From the NCBI RefSeq assembly GCF_056746865.1, contig NZ_CM163382.1: a stretch of 64,000 nucleotides of DNA; one strand, written 5' to 3'. The first letter of the stretch is position 1. Each line of letters begins with the position of its first letter. Of the stretch, positions 15,012 to 27,785 are shown in pieces. The position numbers and the translations under genes were made by a program. The notes beneath the pieces were generated by a model. That model made no database searches. It saw only the letters and a list, made by a program, of their open reading frames with translations, and was not told the origin of the DNA.

Positions 15012-16745
15012 GTGAATATTCAGGCTCTTCTCTCAGAAAAAGTCCGTCAGGCCATGATTGCGGCAGGCGCGCCTGCGGATTGCGAACCGCAGGTTCGTCA
15101 GTCAGCAAAAGTTCAGTTCGGCGACTATCAGGCTAACGGCATGATGGCAGTTGCTAAAAAACTGGGTATGGCACCGCGACAATTAGCAGAGCAGGTGCTG
15201 ACTCATCTGGATCTTAACGGTATCGCCAGCAAAGTTGAGATCGCCGGTCCAGGCTTTATCAACATTTTCCTTGATCCGGCATTCCTGGCTGAACATGTTC
15301 AGCAGGCGCTGGCGTCCGATCGTCTCGGTGTTGCTACGCCAGAAAAACAGACCATTGTGGTTGACTACTCTGCGCCAAACGTGGCGAAAGAGATGCACGT
15401 CGGTCACCTGCGCTCTACCATTATTGGTGACGCAGCAGTGCGTACTCTGGAGTTCCTCGGTCACAAAGTGATTCGCGCAAACCACGTCGGCGACTGGGGC
15501 ACTCAGTTCGGTATGCTGATTGCATGGCTGGAAAAGCAGCAGCAGGAAAACGCCGGTGAAATGGAGCTGGCTGACCTTGAAGGTTTCTACCGCGATGCGA
15601 AAAAGCATTACGACGAAGATGAAGAGTTTGCCGAGCGTGCACGTAACTACGTGGTAAAACTGCAAAGCGGTGACGAATATTTCCGCGAGATGTGGCGCAA
15701 ACTGGTCGACATCACCATGACGCAGAACCAGATCACTTACGATCGTCTCAACGTGACGCTGACCCGTGATGACGTGATGGGCGAAAGCCTCTACAACCCA
15801 ATGCTGCCAGGAATTGTGGCGGATCTCAAAGCCAAAGGTCTGGCAGTAGAAAGCGAAGGGGCGACCGTTGTATTCCTTGATGAGTTTAAAAACAAGGAAG
15901 GCGAACCGATGGGCGTGATCATTCAGAAGAAAGATGGCGGCTATCTCTACACCACCACTGATATCGCCTGTGCGAAATATCGTTATGAAACACTGCATGC
16001 CGATCGCGTGCTGTATTACATCGACTCCCGTCAGCATCAACACCTGATGCAGGCATGGGCGATCGTCCGTAAAGCAGGCTATGTACCGGAATCCGTACCG
16101 CTGGAACACCACATGTTCGGCATGATGCTGGGTAAAGACGGCAAACCGTTCAAAACCCGCGCGGGTGGTACAGTGAAACTGGCCGATCTGCTGGATGAAG
16201 CCCTGGAACGTGCACGCCGTCTGGTGGCAGAAAAGAACCCGGATATGCCAGCCGACGAGCTGGAAAAACTGGCTAACGCGGTTGGTATTGGTGCGGTGAA
16301 ATATGCGGATCTCTCCAAAAACCGCACCACGGACTACATCTTCGACTGGGACAACATGCTGGCGTTTGAGGGTAATACCGCGCCATACATGCAGTATGCA
16401 TACACGCGTGTATTGTCCGTGTTCCGTAAAGCAGAAATTGACGAAGAGCAACTGGCTGCAGCTCCGGTAATCATCCGTGAAGATCGTGAAGCGCAACTGG
16501 CAGCTCGCCTGCTGCAGTTTGAAGAAACCCTCACCGTGGTTGCCCGTGAAGGTACGCCGCATGTGATGTGTGCTTACCTGTACGATCTGGCCGGTCTGTT
16601 CTCTGGCTTCTACGAGCACTGCCCGATCCTCAGCGCAGAAAACGAAGAAGTGCGTAACAGCCGTCTGAAACTGGCACAACTGACGGCGAAGACGCTGAAG
16701 CTGGGTCTGGATACGCTGGGTATTGAGACTGTAGAGCGTATGTAA
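15012..16745 (+). CDS. argS: Arginine--tRNA ligase (577 aa), GTG start
   Basis: ORF 15012..16745; HVGH (HIGH-type) class I motif; GTG at 15012. Confidence 0.97.
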   Translation: MNIQALLSEKVRQAMIAAGAPADCEPQVRQSAKVQFGDYQANGMMAVAKKLGMAPRQLAEQVLTHLDLNGIASKVEIAGPGFINIFLDPAFLAEHVQQALASDRLGVATPEKQTIVVDYSAPNVAKEMHVGHLRSTIIGDAAVRTLEFLGHKVIRANHVGDWGTQFGMLIAWLEKQQQENAGEMELADLEGFYRDAKKHYDEDEEFAERARNYVVKLQSGDEYFREMWRKLVDITMTQNQITYDRLNVTLTRDDVMGESLYNPMLPGIVADLKAKGLAVESEGATVVFLDEFKNKEGEPMGVIIQKKDGGYLYTTTDIACAKYRYETLHADRVLYYIDSRQHQHLMQAWAIVRKAGYVPESVPLEHHMFGMMLGKDGKPFKTRAGGTVKLADLLDEALERARRLVAEKNPDMPADELEKLANAVGIGAVKYADLSKNRTTDYIFDWDNMLAFEGNTAPYMQYAYTRVLSVFRKAEIDEEQLAAAPVIIREDREAQLAARLLQFEETLTVVAREGTPHVMCAYLYDLAGLFSGFYEHCPILSAENEEVRNSRLKLAQLTAKTLKLGLDTLGIETVERM

Positions 16746-16764
16746 TCGATTTTTCGTGAGAGTG

Positions 16765-16800
16765 AAGCCTGATCAGGGTTACCTGATCAGGCTTTTTTAT
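16765..16800 (+). terminator. Rho-independent terminator of argS
   Basis: aagcctgatcag-ggttac-ctgatcaggctt followed by TTTTTT. Confidence 0.8.
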
Positions 16801-16921
16801 TGCCATCTAAATGTATTCTGAAAATGGACATGCCATCGTTTTCTCACTGTTGGGTAAGAAGTCAGAAGCGTAATATTCGGCCCCAGGGAAACGATAACGG
16901 TTGAATTTAAGGAATACCGCA

Positions 16922-17410
16922 GTGTTTAAATTTCTTGTATTAACATTAGGCATTATCTCTTGCCAGGTTTACGCAGAAGATACGCTTATAGTAAACGACC
17001 ATGACATTTCAGCCATCAAAGATTGTTGGCAAAAAAATTCAGATGATGATACTGACGTTAACGTGATCAAATCATGCCTGCGACAAGAATACAATCTCGT
17101 CGATGCGCAATTAAATAAAGCCTATGGTGAAGCTTATCGTTATATAGAACAAGTGCCACGCACAGGTGTAAAAAAACCTGATACCGAACAACTTAACTTG
17201 CTTAAAAAATCACAGCGAGCCTGGCTGGATTTTAGGGACAAAGAATGTGAATTAATCCTTTCAAATGAGGACGTTCAGGATTTAAGTGACCCTTATTCTG
17301 AATCAGAATGGCTCTCATGTATGATCATACAGACCAATACGCGAACTCGCCAGTTGCAGCTATACCGTAACTCTGAAGATTTTTATCCAAGCCCTTTGAC
17401 AAGAGGATAA
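16922..17410 (+). CDS. yecT: YecT, DUF1311-type secreted protein (162 aa from GTG 16922; 169 aa if TTG 16901 is used)
   Basis: ORF 16901..17410; N-terminal signal peptide (FKFLVLTLGIISCQVYA); AAGGA 8 nt upstream of GTG 16922; AT-rich. Confidence 0.8.
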   Translation: MFKFLVLTLGIISCQVYAEDTLIVNDHDISAIKDCWQKNSDDDTDVNVIKSCLRQEYNLVDAQLNKAYGEAYRYIEQVPRTGVKKPDTEQLNLLKKSQRAWLDFRDKECELILSNEDVQDLSDPYSESEWLSCMIIQTNTRTRQLQLYRNSEDFYPSPLTRG

Positions 17411-17529
17411 TTCACATATTTTTGGCATGTTTTGTTGCAAGCTATTCCTGATAAATAATTGCAACAAAACATCGAGCCTTTTTCACTGAGTTATTAAACA
17501 TACTCGCGAGCGCGTAATTTTTTTGTCCT

Positions 17530-17922
17530 TCAGCGATAATTCACAATCACTTCATTACGTTGTACTTTCAGCGGCGGAATTAACCGCCCACCGCCAGGCA
17601 CTTCCCAGATAAAGCGCAACGGTTCTGCTGCCGCTATACCGGAAAAGGCCACGGTGGTTCCGCTCTGCCCCTCTAATTCGACACAACGAGATTGCGAACA
17701 CAAGCGAACCCGCAGTCCTGAAGGTGTCGGGCCGATAAGCTGATAACGCCACGCTACCAGCGTCATCAATCCTGAAGCAGGTTGTCGCGTAGAAAGAGGC
17801 GCAGACGACATCGACTCACCGCGATGATTTAGCGTAATTCCTACACTACTTGCCTGCCACATCCCCTCCCCGGCGGCTTGCACCAGCAGCGGAAACAATA
17901 ATATTGCTAATAAGGTTCTCAT
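17530..17922 (-). CDS. flhE: Flagellar protein FlhE (130 aa)
   Basis: ORF 17530..17922; signal peptide; last gene of flhBAE; start overlaps the flhA stop by 1 nt. Confidence 0.95.
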   Translation of the reverse strand: MRTLLAILLFPLLVQAAGEGMWQASSVGITLNHRGESMSSAPLSTRQPASGLMTLVAWRYQLIGPTPSGLRVRLCSQSRCVELEGQSGTTVAFSGIAAAEPLRFIWEVPGGGRLIPPLKVQRNEVIVNYR

Positions 17923-20000
17923 TATTTGCCGCCAATTGTCGCCGTCATGCGGATATGTCGGTTATCAGACAGTTCCAGATTCGACAGGACCACTAACTGC
18001 GGCAAGCTGCGGCGCAGGAAGCGAGACAATAATGGTCGCAGCGCGTGGTTCACCAACAATACTGGCGGCGCACCCAGCATCTCCTGACGGGATAGCGCTT
18101 CCTGAGTTTGCGCCAGTAAACGATCCGCCAGCCCTGGCTCCAGTCCTCCCCCGCCCTGCAGCGCCTGTAGTAACAAACGTTCCAGCGGTGTATCGAGGCC
18201 AATAACATGGACTTCATCTTTGCCAGGAAACCACTGCTGGGTAATCGCCCGTCCCAACGCCACGCGCACGACGGCGGTTAATTCATGTGGATCGCTTTGG
18301 ATGGGCGCATGTTCCGCCAGCGTTTCGAGAATGGTGCGCATATCGCGAATCGGTACTTTTTCATCGAGGAGATTTTGCAGCACTTTATGCAGTGTGGTGA
18401 GCGTGACGACGCCAGGAACGAGATCTTCCGTCAGCTTTGGCATCTCCTGGGCGACGCGATCCAACAGCTGTTGCGCCTCCTGACGACCAAACAGCTCTGC
18501 GGCATGCTGGCTAATGAGGTGGTTAAGATGCGTTGCTACCACCGTGCTGGCCTCAACCACTGTGTACCCCTGAATCTGCGCCTGTTCTTTTAGCGCACTT
18601 TCAATCCAGATAGCATTCAGGCCAAATGCCGGATCGACGGTCGCCTCACCAGGTAACGTCCCGGCAGCGATTCCAGGGTTAATCGCCAGCCAGCGCCCCG
18701 GATAAGCATCACCACTGCCAATCTCCACGCCTTTCATCAAAATGCGATAGCGGGCAGGTTGCAGATCCATATTGTCGCGAATGTGCACCACTGGCGGCAG
18801 AAATCCCATCTCCTGGGCAAATTTCTTGCGGATACTGCGTATACGGCCCAACAACTCACCATCCTGCTGGAAATCGACCATCGGGATCAGTCGATAACCC
18901 ACTTCCATTCCCAGAGAATCTTCCAGTTGTACATCGTTCCACGTCGCTTCGACAACGGTATTATTCTCTGCCATTTTTACCGGTTTGGGTTCGGCAGGCG
19001 CTTTTTGTTCGCGTCCGCGTATCCACCAGGCCAGCCCGAGCAATCCGGCAGTGAACAGCAAAAATACCAGGTTCGGCATTCCAGGCACCAGGCCGAGTAA
19101 ACCGAGCACGGCGGCGCTTAACAACATAACGCTTGGGTTACTGAAAAGCTGATTCACCATCTGCTCGCCAACATCCTGATCGGTGCTGACACGCGTAACG
19201 ATGACCCCCGCGGCGGTAGAAATCACCAGCGCCGGAATTTGTGCCACCAGACCGTCGCCAATGGTCAATAGCGTATAACTTTCCGCCGCGTGTCCCATGC
19301 TCATGCCATGTTGCAGCACGCCGACCAGCAACCCGCCGACAACGTTAATGACCATGATGAGGATCCCGGCGATGGCATCGCCGCGAACAAACTTACTTGC
19401 CCCGTCCATTGAGCCGTAAAAATCGGCTTCCTGAGTCACTTCGGAGCGGCGTTTTTTCGCCTCATCTTCACCAATCAATCCGGCGTTAAGGTCGGCGTCA
19501 ATCGCCATCTGCTTACCCGGCATACCATCGAGAACAAAGCGCGCACCCACTTCTGCGATACGCCCGGCACCTTTGGTAATGACCATAAAGTTGATGATCA
19601 CGAGAATGACAAACACCACGATACCGATAGCGAAATTGCCACCAACGAGGAAGTGACCGAACGCTTCGACCACCTTCCCTGCCGCCGCCGCGCCGGTATG
19701 CCCTTCCATTAAAATGATACGGGTTGAAGCCACGTTAAGTGCCAGACGCAACAGCGTGGTAAACAACAGAATGGTCGGAAACGCAGCAAACTCAAGCGTG
19801 CGCTGGGTAAACATCGCCACCAGCAACACCATGATCGACAAGGCAATATTGAAGGTAAACAACAGGTCGAGTATGAATGCGGGCAGTGGCAGCACCATCA
19901 TCGACAAGATCAACAGGATCAAAATCGGTCCGGCAAGGATCTGCCATTGTGTCGATTTCAGGTTTGCGGGCAGGCGCAGCATCGCGGCCAGATTACTCAT
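17922..20000 (-). CDS. flhA: Flagellar type III export apparatus protein FlhA (692 aa)
   Basis: ORF 17922..20075; start set at MSNLAAMLRLPANLK (plus-strand cat at 19998-20000), overlapping the flhB stop by 8 nt. Confidence 0.95.
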   Translation of the reverse strand: MSNLAAMLRLPANLKSTQWQILAGPILILLILSMMVLPLPAFILDLLFTFNIALSIMVLLVAMFTQRTLEFAAFPTILLFTTLLRLALNVASTRIILMEGHTGAAAAGKVVEAFGHFLVGGNFAIGIVVFVILVIINFMVITKGAGRIAEVGARFVLDGMPGKQMAIDADLNAGLIGEDEAKKRRSEVTQEADFYGSMDGASKFVRGDAIAGILIMVINVVGGLLVGVLQHGMSMGHAAESYTLLTIGDGLVAQIPALVISTAAGVIVTRVSTDQDVGEQMVNQLFSNPSVMLLSAAVLGLLGLVPGMPNLVFLLFTAGLLGLAWWIRGREQKAPAEPKPVKMAENNTVVEATWNDVQLEDSLGMEVGYRLIPMVDFQQDGELLGRIRSIRKKFAQEMGFLPPVVHIRDNMDLQPARYRILMKGVEIGSGDAYPGRWLAINPGIAAGTLPGEATVDPAFGLNAIWIESALKEQAQIQGYTVVEASTVVATHLNHLISQHAAELFGRQEAQQLLDRVAQEMPKLTEDLVPGVVTLTTLHKVLQNLLDEKVPIRDMRTILETLAEHAPIQSDPHELTAVVRVALGRAITQQWFPGKDEVHVIGLDTPLERLLLQALQGGGGLEPGLADRLLAQTQEALSRQEMLGAPPVLLVNHALRPLLSRFLRRSLPQLVVLSNLELSDNRHIRMTATIGGK

Positions 20001-21141
20001 GGGTCGGTTTCTCGTTAATAAAATCCAGGGCTTCCGGCACCGGAAGATGAGTAGGTTGTACAGGGCGCTGTCCACCAGCCAGACGCCAGCGTTTCAGTTG
20101 CCAGACCCAGGCCAGCACTTCCGCCACCGCGGCGTACAGTTGACCCGGGATTTGTTGACCAATCTCCGCATGTCGATACAGCGCTCGCGCCAGCGGCGGC
20201 GCTTCAAGCGTCGGGACGTTATTTTCAGCGCCAATTTCACGAATGCGCAGCGCGACCAGCCCTGCACCTTTAGCGACCACTTTCGGTGCGCTCATTTTGT
20301 TTTCGTCATACTGCAACGCTACCGAATAGTGGGTCGGGTTATTGACAATGACATCCGCTTTCGGCACATCGGCCATCATCCGACGCCGTGCGGCAGCTCG
20401 CTGCATCTGACGGATCCGTCCTTTAACATGGGGGTCGCCTTCGCTTTGTTTGAACTCATCACGAATATCCTGCCGCGACATTCGCAGCTTTTTCAGGTGG
20501 CTGAAGATTTGGAAAAAGACGTCAAATCCCACCATTGGAATGACACCAAGCACCACCAGCAGTGCGCATAGCCCTACCAAATCCATCGCATTACCCATGG
20601 CGGTAATCGGAGACTCGGCCATTAAGCGCATCATCTGCGGCCAGTGATGCCAGAGAAAAAACCCCGTCACGCTGCCAACCAGGATGGTTTTCAAAATTGC
20701 TTTAAGCAACTCCGCGCCAGTCTGAGCCGAGAACATCCGTTTAATGCCCGGTAGCGGGTTGAGTTTGGAAAACTTCGGCTGCAAGGATTTGCCGCTAAAT
20801 ACCAGCCCTCCCAGCATGACCGGAGAAATGAGCGCCACCAGTACCACGCCGCTAATCAGTGGCAGCAGCGCCAGCATGGCTTCTCTGATCAGCAGAATAA
20901 TCTGCCCGAGGATCAGATTCGGGTCTTTGATAATACTGTGATCAAAATGCAGCCCAGCGGAGAGCATGCCCGACAATCGACGGGCCAGCGACACACCGCC
21001 AAACCAGATAACACTAACGCCCACCAGCAAAATCAGCAGTGAGGTCAGTTCACGGGAACGCGGGATTTGCCCCTCTTCCCGCGCTTTTTCTAGTCGGTGA
21101 GGTGTGGGGGCTTCTGTTTTGTCGTCGCTCTCGTCAGACAC
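19993..21141 (-). CDS. flhB: Flagellar export switch protein FlhB (382 aa)
   Basis: ORF 19993..21141; NPTH autocleavage motif present (VIVNNPTHYSVAL). Confidence 0.96.
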   Translation of the reverse strand: MSDESDDKTEAPTPHRLEKAREEGQIPRSRELTSLLILLVGVSVIWFGGVSLARRLSGMLSAGLHFDHSIIKDPNLILGQIILLIREAMLALLPLISGVVLVALISPVMLGGLVFSGKSLQPKFSKLNPLPGIKRMFSAQTGAELLKAILKTILVGSVTGFFLWHHWPQMMRLMAESPITAMGNAMDLVGLCALLVVLGVIPMVGFDVFFQIFSHLKKLRMSRQDIRDEFKQSEGDPHVKGRIRQMQRAAARRRMMADVPKADVIVNNPTHYSVALQYDENKMSAPKVVAKGAGLVALRIREIGAENNVPTLEAPPLARALYRHAEIGQQIPGQLYAAVAEVLAWVWQLKRWRLAGGQRPVQPTHLPVPEALDFINEKPTHE

Positions 21142-21269
21142 GTCGCCAATCCTGGAAAGAGTATTAAGCGTGAATGATGCCAGAGCGCAAAGCGTTCAAT
21201 GGTTTGAGTAAGGGGCAAAACAGGCGGGATTTAGGGCTTTTGCTGCCACACATCAAGCATAGTGTGCGT

Positions 21270-21336
21270 TTGTCGGATGCGGCGTCATCGCCTTATCAGA
21301 CCGCCTGATATGACGTGGTCACGCCACATCAGGCAA
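21270..21336. repeat. REP-like palindromic element between flhB and cheZ
   Basis: tgtcggatgcggcgtcatcgccttatcagaccgcctgatatgacgtggtcacgccacatcaggca resembles REP units. Confidence 0.6.
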
Positions 21337-21342
21337 TACAAA

Positions 21343-21987
21343 TCAAAATCCAAGACTATCCAACAAATCGTCCACCTGATCCTGACTGGCTACCACACCG
21401 GCTTTGCTGGTATCGACCTGAGGTCCATTAAGCAAACTCTGGTTTTCACGTTTTGGACGCGACTCCTGTTCCGGGATGTTTTCCAACAGCACCATCAGCA
21501 ACTGGCGTTCGATCTCCTGAATGACATCCATCATCCGCTTAATGACCTGCCCGGTGAGATCCTGAAAATCCTGCGCCATCATGATTTCCAGCAGTTGCGC
21601 GTTAGTAAAGCTGGTATGCGCGGGTACATCTGCCAGAAATTGTCGTGTATCTGTTACCAGTTCACGGGCGTCGGCAAGGTCAATCGGATCGGCAAACCAG
21701 TCATCCCAACGTTGGGTTAACGCTTTTGCTGATTTCTCCATTTGATCCTGATGCGGTTGTGACGCCTCAACACTGTTCAGCGCCCGCTCCGCAGCCTGGG
21801 CGGTCATCTGCACAACATAGTACAAACGATCGCGCGCATCGGGGATGGCTTCCGCCGCTTCGGCAATGGCCTGATCCAGCCCCAGTTCCCGCAAACTGTC
21901 GCGCAGCATACGCGTCAGGCTGCCGATGCGCGCAATGATATCGCCAGCTGAATGCTCGTCAGCAGGTTTGATTGATGGTTGCATCAT
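21343..21987 (-). CDS. cheZ: CheY-P phosphatase CheZ (214 aa)
   Basis: ORF 21343..22017; start set at [12 protein letters not shown], 10 nt after the cheY stop. Confidence 0.95.
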
Positions 21988-21997
21988 AGTCGCATCC

Positions 21998-23451
<1,454 letters not shown>

Positions 23452-23453
23452 CG

Positions 23454-24314
23454 TTAATCCTTACTTAGCGCATACACCGTCTGACCACGCAGCGTGAAGC
23501 GGCGCTCAAGGTGGCTAAAGTTTTCAGAGTGACCCGCAAACAGCAATCCGTCGGGTTTAAGGAGCGGAACAAAGCGGCGCAAAATCTCCTGCTGGGTATA
23601 TTGATCGAAGTAGATCATGACGTTACGACAGAAGATCGCATCAAACGGCCCCGGCACGGTGTACTGTTTCGCCAGTAGATTCAGCGGGGCAAAATCAACA
23701 TAGTTCGCCAGCTCCTGACGCACGCGTACCAGCCCTTCATGCGGTCCCGTCCCTCGCATGAAATACCGTTGCAGTTGCTGCGGCGTCAGGTTTTTCAACT
23801 CTTCATGGCGATAAATACCGCTTCTGGCTTTTTCCAGCACTTCGGTGTCGATATCACTGGCAAACACTTTCCAGCGTCCGGGCGCGGTGCCCAATGTGTC
23901 AGCCAGCGTCATCGCAATGCTGTACGGCTCTTCGCCGGTCGAAGCCGCCGCGCTCCATACGCGATACTCGCCAGAACGGCGACGTGCGTGATCCGCGAGC
24001 AGAGGGAAATGGTGTGCCTCACGGAAAAATGCCGTCAGATTCGTGGTCAGCGAATTGATAAACGCCTGCCACTCACCGCTGTGCTGATTAGATTCCAGCA
24101 AGTTCAGATAATGACCGAAATCCGTCAGTCCCAGCGAACGCAAACGACGAACCAGTCGGTTGTAAACCATGTCGCGTTTATGGTCAGCCAGAACGATCCC
24201 GGCTCGTTGATAGATCAATTGACTTATCCGCCGAAAATGCGCGTCGGAAAGCGCCAGGCGCTCGGTCATCTGTAACAATAAAGACGTTTGCCCACAGGGC
24301 AGAGATGAAGTCAT
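23454..24314 (-). CDS. cheR: Chemoreceptor methyltransferase CheR (286 aa)
   Basis: ORF 23454..24314. Confidence 0.97.
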
Positions 24315-24332
24315 AGCGCCTTCTCAATCACT

Positions 24333-25934
24333 TCAGGATACCACTGGCGCAATTTGTAACTGCACCGACTCATGTCGTGCTACTTCATGTTCTTCAAGGG
24401 TAAATACCGCCACACGCGACGAAAGATGGTCGGCCTGATTCGCCAGTTGTTCCGTTGCCACCGCCGCTTCTTCTACCAGCGAGGCGTTCTGCTGAGTCAC
24501 CTGATCCATCTGGCTGACAGCCTGTGCAACCTGCTCAATCCCCCGCTGTTGTTCTTCCGACGCAGAGGCAATTTCTCCCATAATGTCGTTCACGCGGGTC
24601 ACCGAACTGACAATATCGATCATGGTCGCGGCGGCGTTATTCACCAGTTTCGAACCCTGCTGGACACGATTGACTGACTCTTCGATCAGCCCTTTGATCT
24701 CTTTTGCTGCCTGCGCGCTACGGCTGGCAAGATTGCGCACTTCACCTGCCACTACCGCAAAACCACGCCCCTGCTCTCCGGCGCGAGCCGCTTCCACTGC
24801 CGCATTCAGGGCCAGAATATTGGTCTGGAAAGCAATTCCGTCGATAACGCTGATAATGTCGCCAATTTTTTGCGAGCTGGTGGCGATCTCCTGCATGGTG
24901 TGAGTCATGGTACTGACCTGAACACCGCCCGCCTGCGCCGTTGTCGCGGCATTTTTTGCCAGTTCCGACGCCTGTCGTGCGTTATCGGCGTTTTGCCCTA
25001 CCGTGGCGGTTAATTGCTCCATACTGGCGGCCGTTTGTGCCAGCGATGCCGCCTGCTGTTCGGTACGACTTGAGAGATCGTTATTGCCTGCGACAATCTC
25101 CGCGATACCAATGTGCATCTCCTGGCTTCCCTTACGCACATCACTTACCGTCCCACGCAAAGCCTGCTGCATGGTCTTCAGACTGGCAAAAATGGCGGTG
25201 ATCTCATTACGACCATATACCGCAATCGGACGCGCCAGATTACCCGCAGCAATGCTGTCAAAATGGCTACCGATAATGGCCAGTGGTTGAACAATCATCT
25301 TGCGCGTCCACCACAGCGCACTGCTGATGTAGATCGCCGCAACAATAATCATGCTGATAAACACCAGTGCCGAAATCTGATAGTTACGCTGGCTTTGCGC
25401 ACTGGCGGCTTCCAGCACATGGTTGATCTCCAGCTGCCAGGCCTCAAAGTTAACGTCAAACGCATTCTGTGATCCCTGCACCGGCGCAGTGAGGAAATCC
25501 GAAAGTTGATTACTTTCAAGCCAGGTCGCCTGATGTTCGAGATCGTTGTGCCAGCGGGCAAAACTTTTCTCCGTCTCTTTTTGCAATCCCCTGACGTGCT
25601 CGTTGCCCGCAGTCATCGCCATAAAACTTTTAAACAGCGTGGTGGATTGCGTCAGACTGGCGCGCGCCGTCGTCATCAACGTTTTAATGTCATCCGCCGG
25701 ATAGCTAAGTGCCGTCAGAGTGCCCGCTTTGTTCAGCGCGGTACTGGCCTGTAACATTACCGCCCGAGTTTGCGCTAATGCCGCACGTTGCTTATTGCTC
25801 TGCTCGACCTGATTCAGTCGTTGCAAATCGTCGCGAAATGCCCAAAAAGACATGCCGTTACTGCCAATCTGCAAGATCCCGCAGAGAATCAAAATTAAAA
25901 ACAGCGTGGTCGAAATTCGAATACGATTAAACAT
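24333..25934 (-). CDS. tap: Methyl-accepting chemotaxis protein IV Tap (dipeptide/pyrimidine receptor, 533 aa)
   Basis: ORF 24333..25937 (TTG-extended); ATG at 25934; MCP signalling domain. Confidence 0.95.
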   Translation of the reverse strand: MFNRIRISTTLFLILILCGILQIGSNGMSFWAFRDDLQRLNQVEQSNKQRAALAQTRAVMLQASTALNKAGTLTALSYPADDIKTLMTTARASLTQSTTLFKSFMAMTAGNEHVRGLQKETEKSFARWHNDLEHQATWLESNQLSDFLTAPVQGSQNAFDVNFEAWQLEINHVLEAASAQSQRNYQISALVFISMIIVAAIYISSALWWTRKMIVQPLAIIGSHFDSIAAGNLARPIAVYGRNEITAIFASLKTMQQALRGTVSDVRKGSQEMHIGIAEIVAGNNDLSSRTEQQAASLAQTAASMEQLTATVGQNADNARQASELAKNAATTAQAGGVQVSTMTHTMQEIATSSQKIGDIISVIDGIAFQTNILALNAAVEAARAGEQGRGFAVVAGEVRNLASRSAQAAKEIKGLIEESVNRVQQGSKLVNNAAATMIDIVSSVTRVNDIMGEIASASEEQQRGIEQVAQAVSQMDQVTQQNASLVEEAAVATEQLANQADHLSSRVAVFTLEEHEVARHESVQLQIAPVVS

Positions 25935-25979
25935 CAACGCTCCCCATCAGGCGGCAATGACCGCGTTAGTAAATACTCG

Positions 25980-27641
25980 TCAAAATGTTTCCCAGTTTGG
26001 ATCTTGTTCAGCAATTCGCAGTCGTGGCTGTGCCGGTGGTTGCTCACTGGCAGGACGGGATGGTGTTTGCGGTTTATTGGTGAGTGGGCTGGCTGCCAGA
26101 CGGAACGCGGAAACCGCTTGCGTTAAACGACTCGCCTGTTCTTCCAGCGCAGCGGCGGCGGCAGCTGATTCCTGCACCAGCGATGCGTTCTGTTGCGTGA
26201 CGCGATCCATTTCCGAAACCGCCAATGCGACTTGATCGATGCCACGGCTCTGTTCATCCGATGCCGATGCAATCTCGCCCATAATGTCAGTCACGCGAGT
26301 GACAGCATTGACGATATTGTTCATTGTTTCCCCGGCGCTTTCGACCAGCACCGAACCGGTATCAACGCGTGAGACGGAGTCTTCAATGAGGGCTTTGATC
26401 TCTTTTGCCGCCTGGGCGCTGCGACTGGCAAGATTACGCACTTCACCCGCCACCACGGCAAAACCACGGCCCTGTTCACCCGCACGCGCGGCTTCAACCG
26501 CGGCATTCAGCGCGAGGATATTAGTCTGGAAGGCAATACCGTCGATAACGCTGATAATGTCGGCAATTTTCTTCGAACTATCGGCGATCTCATGCATCGT
26601 TTTCACTACGCCATCCACCACTTTGCCGCCGTGCTGGGCGGTGTCGGAGGCACTTTGCGCCAGTTGCGAGGCCTGGCGGGCGTTATCGGCGTTTTGCTTC
26701 ACTGTCGCGGTGAGCTGCTCCATGCTGGCGGCAGTTTCTTCCAGCGCGGATGCCTGCTGTTCAGTACGGGAGGAAAGATCGGTGTTGCCCGCCGCAATTT
26801 CACGGGTACCGGCATAGATGGCATCTGAACCTTCGCGGACATGAGTGACGGTGTCAGTCAAAGAGCGTTGCATATGTGAAACGCTCTGCGCCAGGTCGCC
26901 CATTTCACTGCGCCCGTCAATGGTCAGGGTATTCGCCAGGTTACCACCGGCGATTTCGCGAATGTGAGCAATAATTTTTGCCAGCGGAGTAAGCAACATA
27001 CGGCGAATGCCGTACCACGCCACCAGCAGAATCAATACCACCACCAGCGCGATAACCGCCAGTTGCCACTGGGCAAATCGGTAATCATCTGCGTTGTCAG
27101 TGACGATATCGCGATACAGTTTTTCACTGCTGAGGGCGTACTGAGCAAACGCTTCGCCCATTGCATTTTGCATTCCCTGGGTTGGCTGAGCGAAATAAGC
27201 TCCAGTATTGCCATAATCTAGATAATCAATCAGTTCAGTTAACGCTGTGTAATAGTTTTTATATTTTTCATCAATATTACGACTGGTAGCGACCATTTCA
27301 GGTAACGGTGCCATGCTTTTGAATTTTTTATAATGCGTCGCTGCCTGCGCCAATGTTTTCCTGGCGCTATCGAGCAATTCAACTTTGGCGTTACTTTGTT
27401 GATTAGAGGAATCCATCATCATCCGTACCGCTGAACGACTCAGGTTAATGCGCGTTTGCAGCATTAAATCCCAGGTTGACGTCAGCTCGCCCTGCTGTTC
27501 CCGTAATTGATTGGAAACCACAAAGCTCTTCTGGCTATGGTGAAGGGAAGAAAAAAACAGACTGCCGGAAATAAGCTGTAACAGTGCGAATACCCCCAGC
27601 ACCATTACCAACAGCGTGACTACGCGGATACGGTTAATCAT
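25980..27641 (-). CDS. tar: Methyl-accepting chemotaxis protein II Tar (aspartate/maltose receptor, 553 aa)
   Basis: ORF 25980..27662; start set at [16 protein letters not shown] (plus-strand cat 27639-27641); C-terminal NWETF pentapeptide. Confidence 0.96.
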   Translation of the reverse strand: MINRIRVVTLLVMVLGVFALLQLISGSLFFSSLHHSQKSFVVSNQLREQQGELTSTWDLMLQTRINLSRSAVRMMMDSSNQQSNAKVELLDSARKTLAQAATHYKKFKSMAPLPEMVATSRNIDEKYKNYYTALTELIDYLDYGNTGAYFAQPTQGMQNAMGEAFAQYALSSEKLYRDIVTDNADDYRFAQWQLAVIALVVVLILLVAWYGIRRMLLTPLAKIIAHIREIAGGNLANTLTIDGRSEMGDLAQSVSHMQRSLTDTVTHVREGSDAIYAGTREIAAGNTDLSSRTEQQASALEETAASMEQLTATVKQNADNARQASQLAQSASDTAQHGGKVVDGVVKTMHEIADSSKKIADIISVIDGIAFQTNILALNAAVEAARAGEQGRGFAVVAGEVRNLASRSAQAAKEIKALIEDSVSRVDTGSVLVESAGETMNNIVNAVTRVTDIMGEIASASDEQSRGIDQVALAVSEMDRVTQQNASLVQESAAAAAALEEQASRLTQAVSAFRLAASPLTNKPQTPSRPASEQPPAQPRLRIAEQDPNWETF

Positions 27642-27672
27642 AAGGCACCTTCCTGAAAACAAGTTGATCTCG

Positions 27673-27699
27673 TTATCGGCAAGGAGGGGGGAAACTTTA
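27673..27699 (-). promoter_or_regulatory. Sigma-28 (FliA) class 3 promoter of the tar-tap-cheRBYZ operon
   Basis: Minus strand reads TAAAGTTT-N11-GCCGATAA, a perfect match to the sigma-28 consensus, about 30 nt upstream of the tar start. Confidence 0.85.
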
Positions 27700-27726
27700 T
27701 TGCTGATGCCACCCGCCGCGAAATTG

Positions 27727-27757
27727 AAATAAAAAACCCGATGCGCAGATCATCGGG
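27727..27757 (-). terminator. Rho-independent terminator after cheW (end of the motAB-cheAW operon)
   Basis: Minus strand: cccgatg-atctgcg-catcggg followed by TTTTTTATTTC. Confidence 0.75.
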
Positions 27758-27785
27758 TTCATTTCAATTGAGGAAATCGGGAGAA

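Noticed and set aside
15183-16679. 498-aa ORF on the minus strand entirely inside argS
   Set aside because: Fully antisense to a highly conserved, clearly real gene (argS). Long antisense frames are common in GC-balanced, codon-biased genes; the frame has no independent start context and no recognisable protein signature.
18285-20571. Several 100-285-aa plus-strand ORFs inside flhA/flhB (for example 19714..20571)
   Set aside because: All antisense to flhA/flhB, which are unambiguous; no start-site signals.
26239-26817. 192-aa plus-strand ORF inside tar, and similar frames inside tap (24583-25290)
   Set aside because: Antisense to the Ala/Ser-rich MCP signalling domains; the translation is low-complexity Ala/Ser/Cys and matches no known protein.
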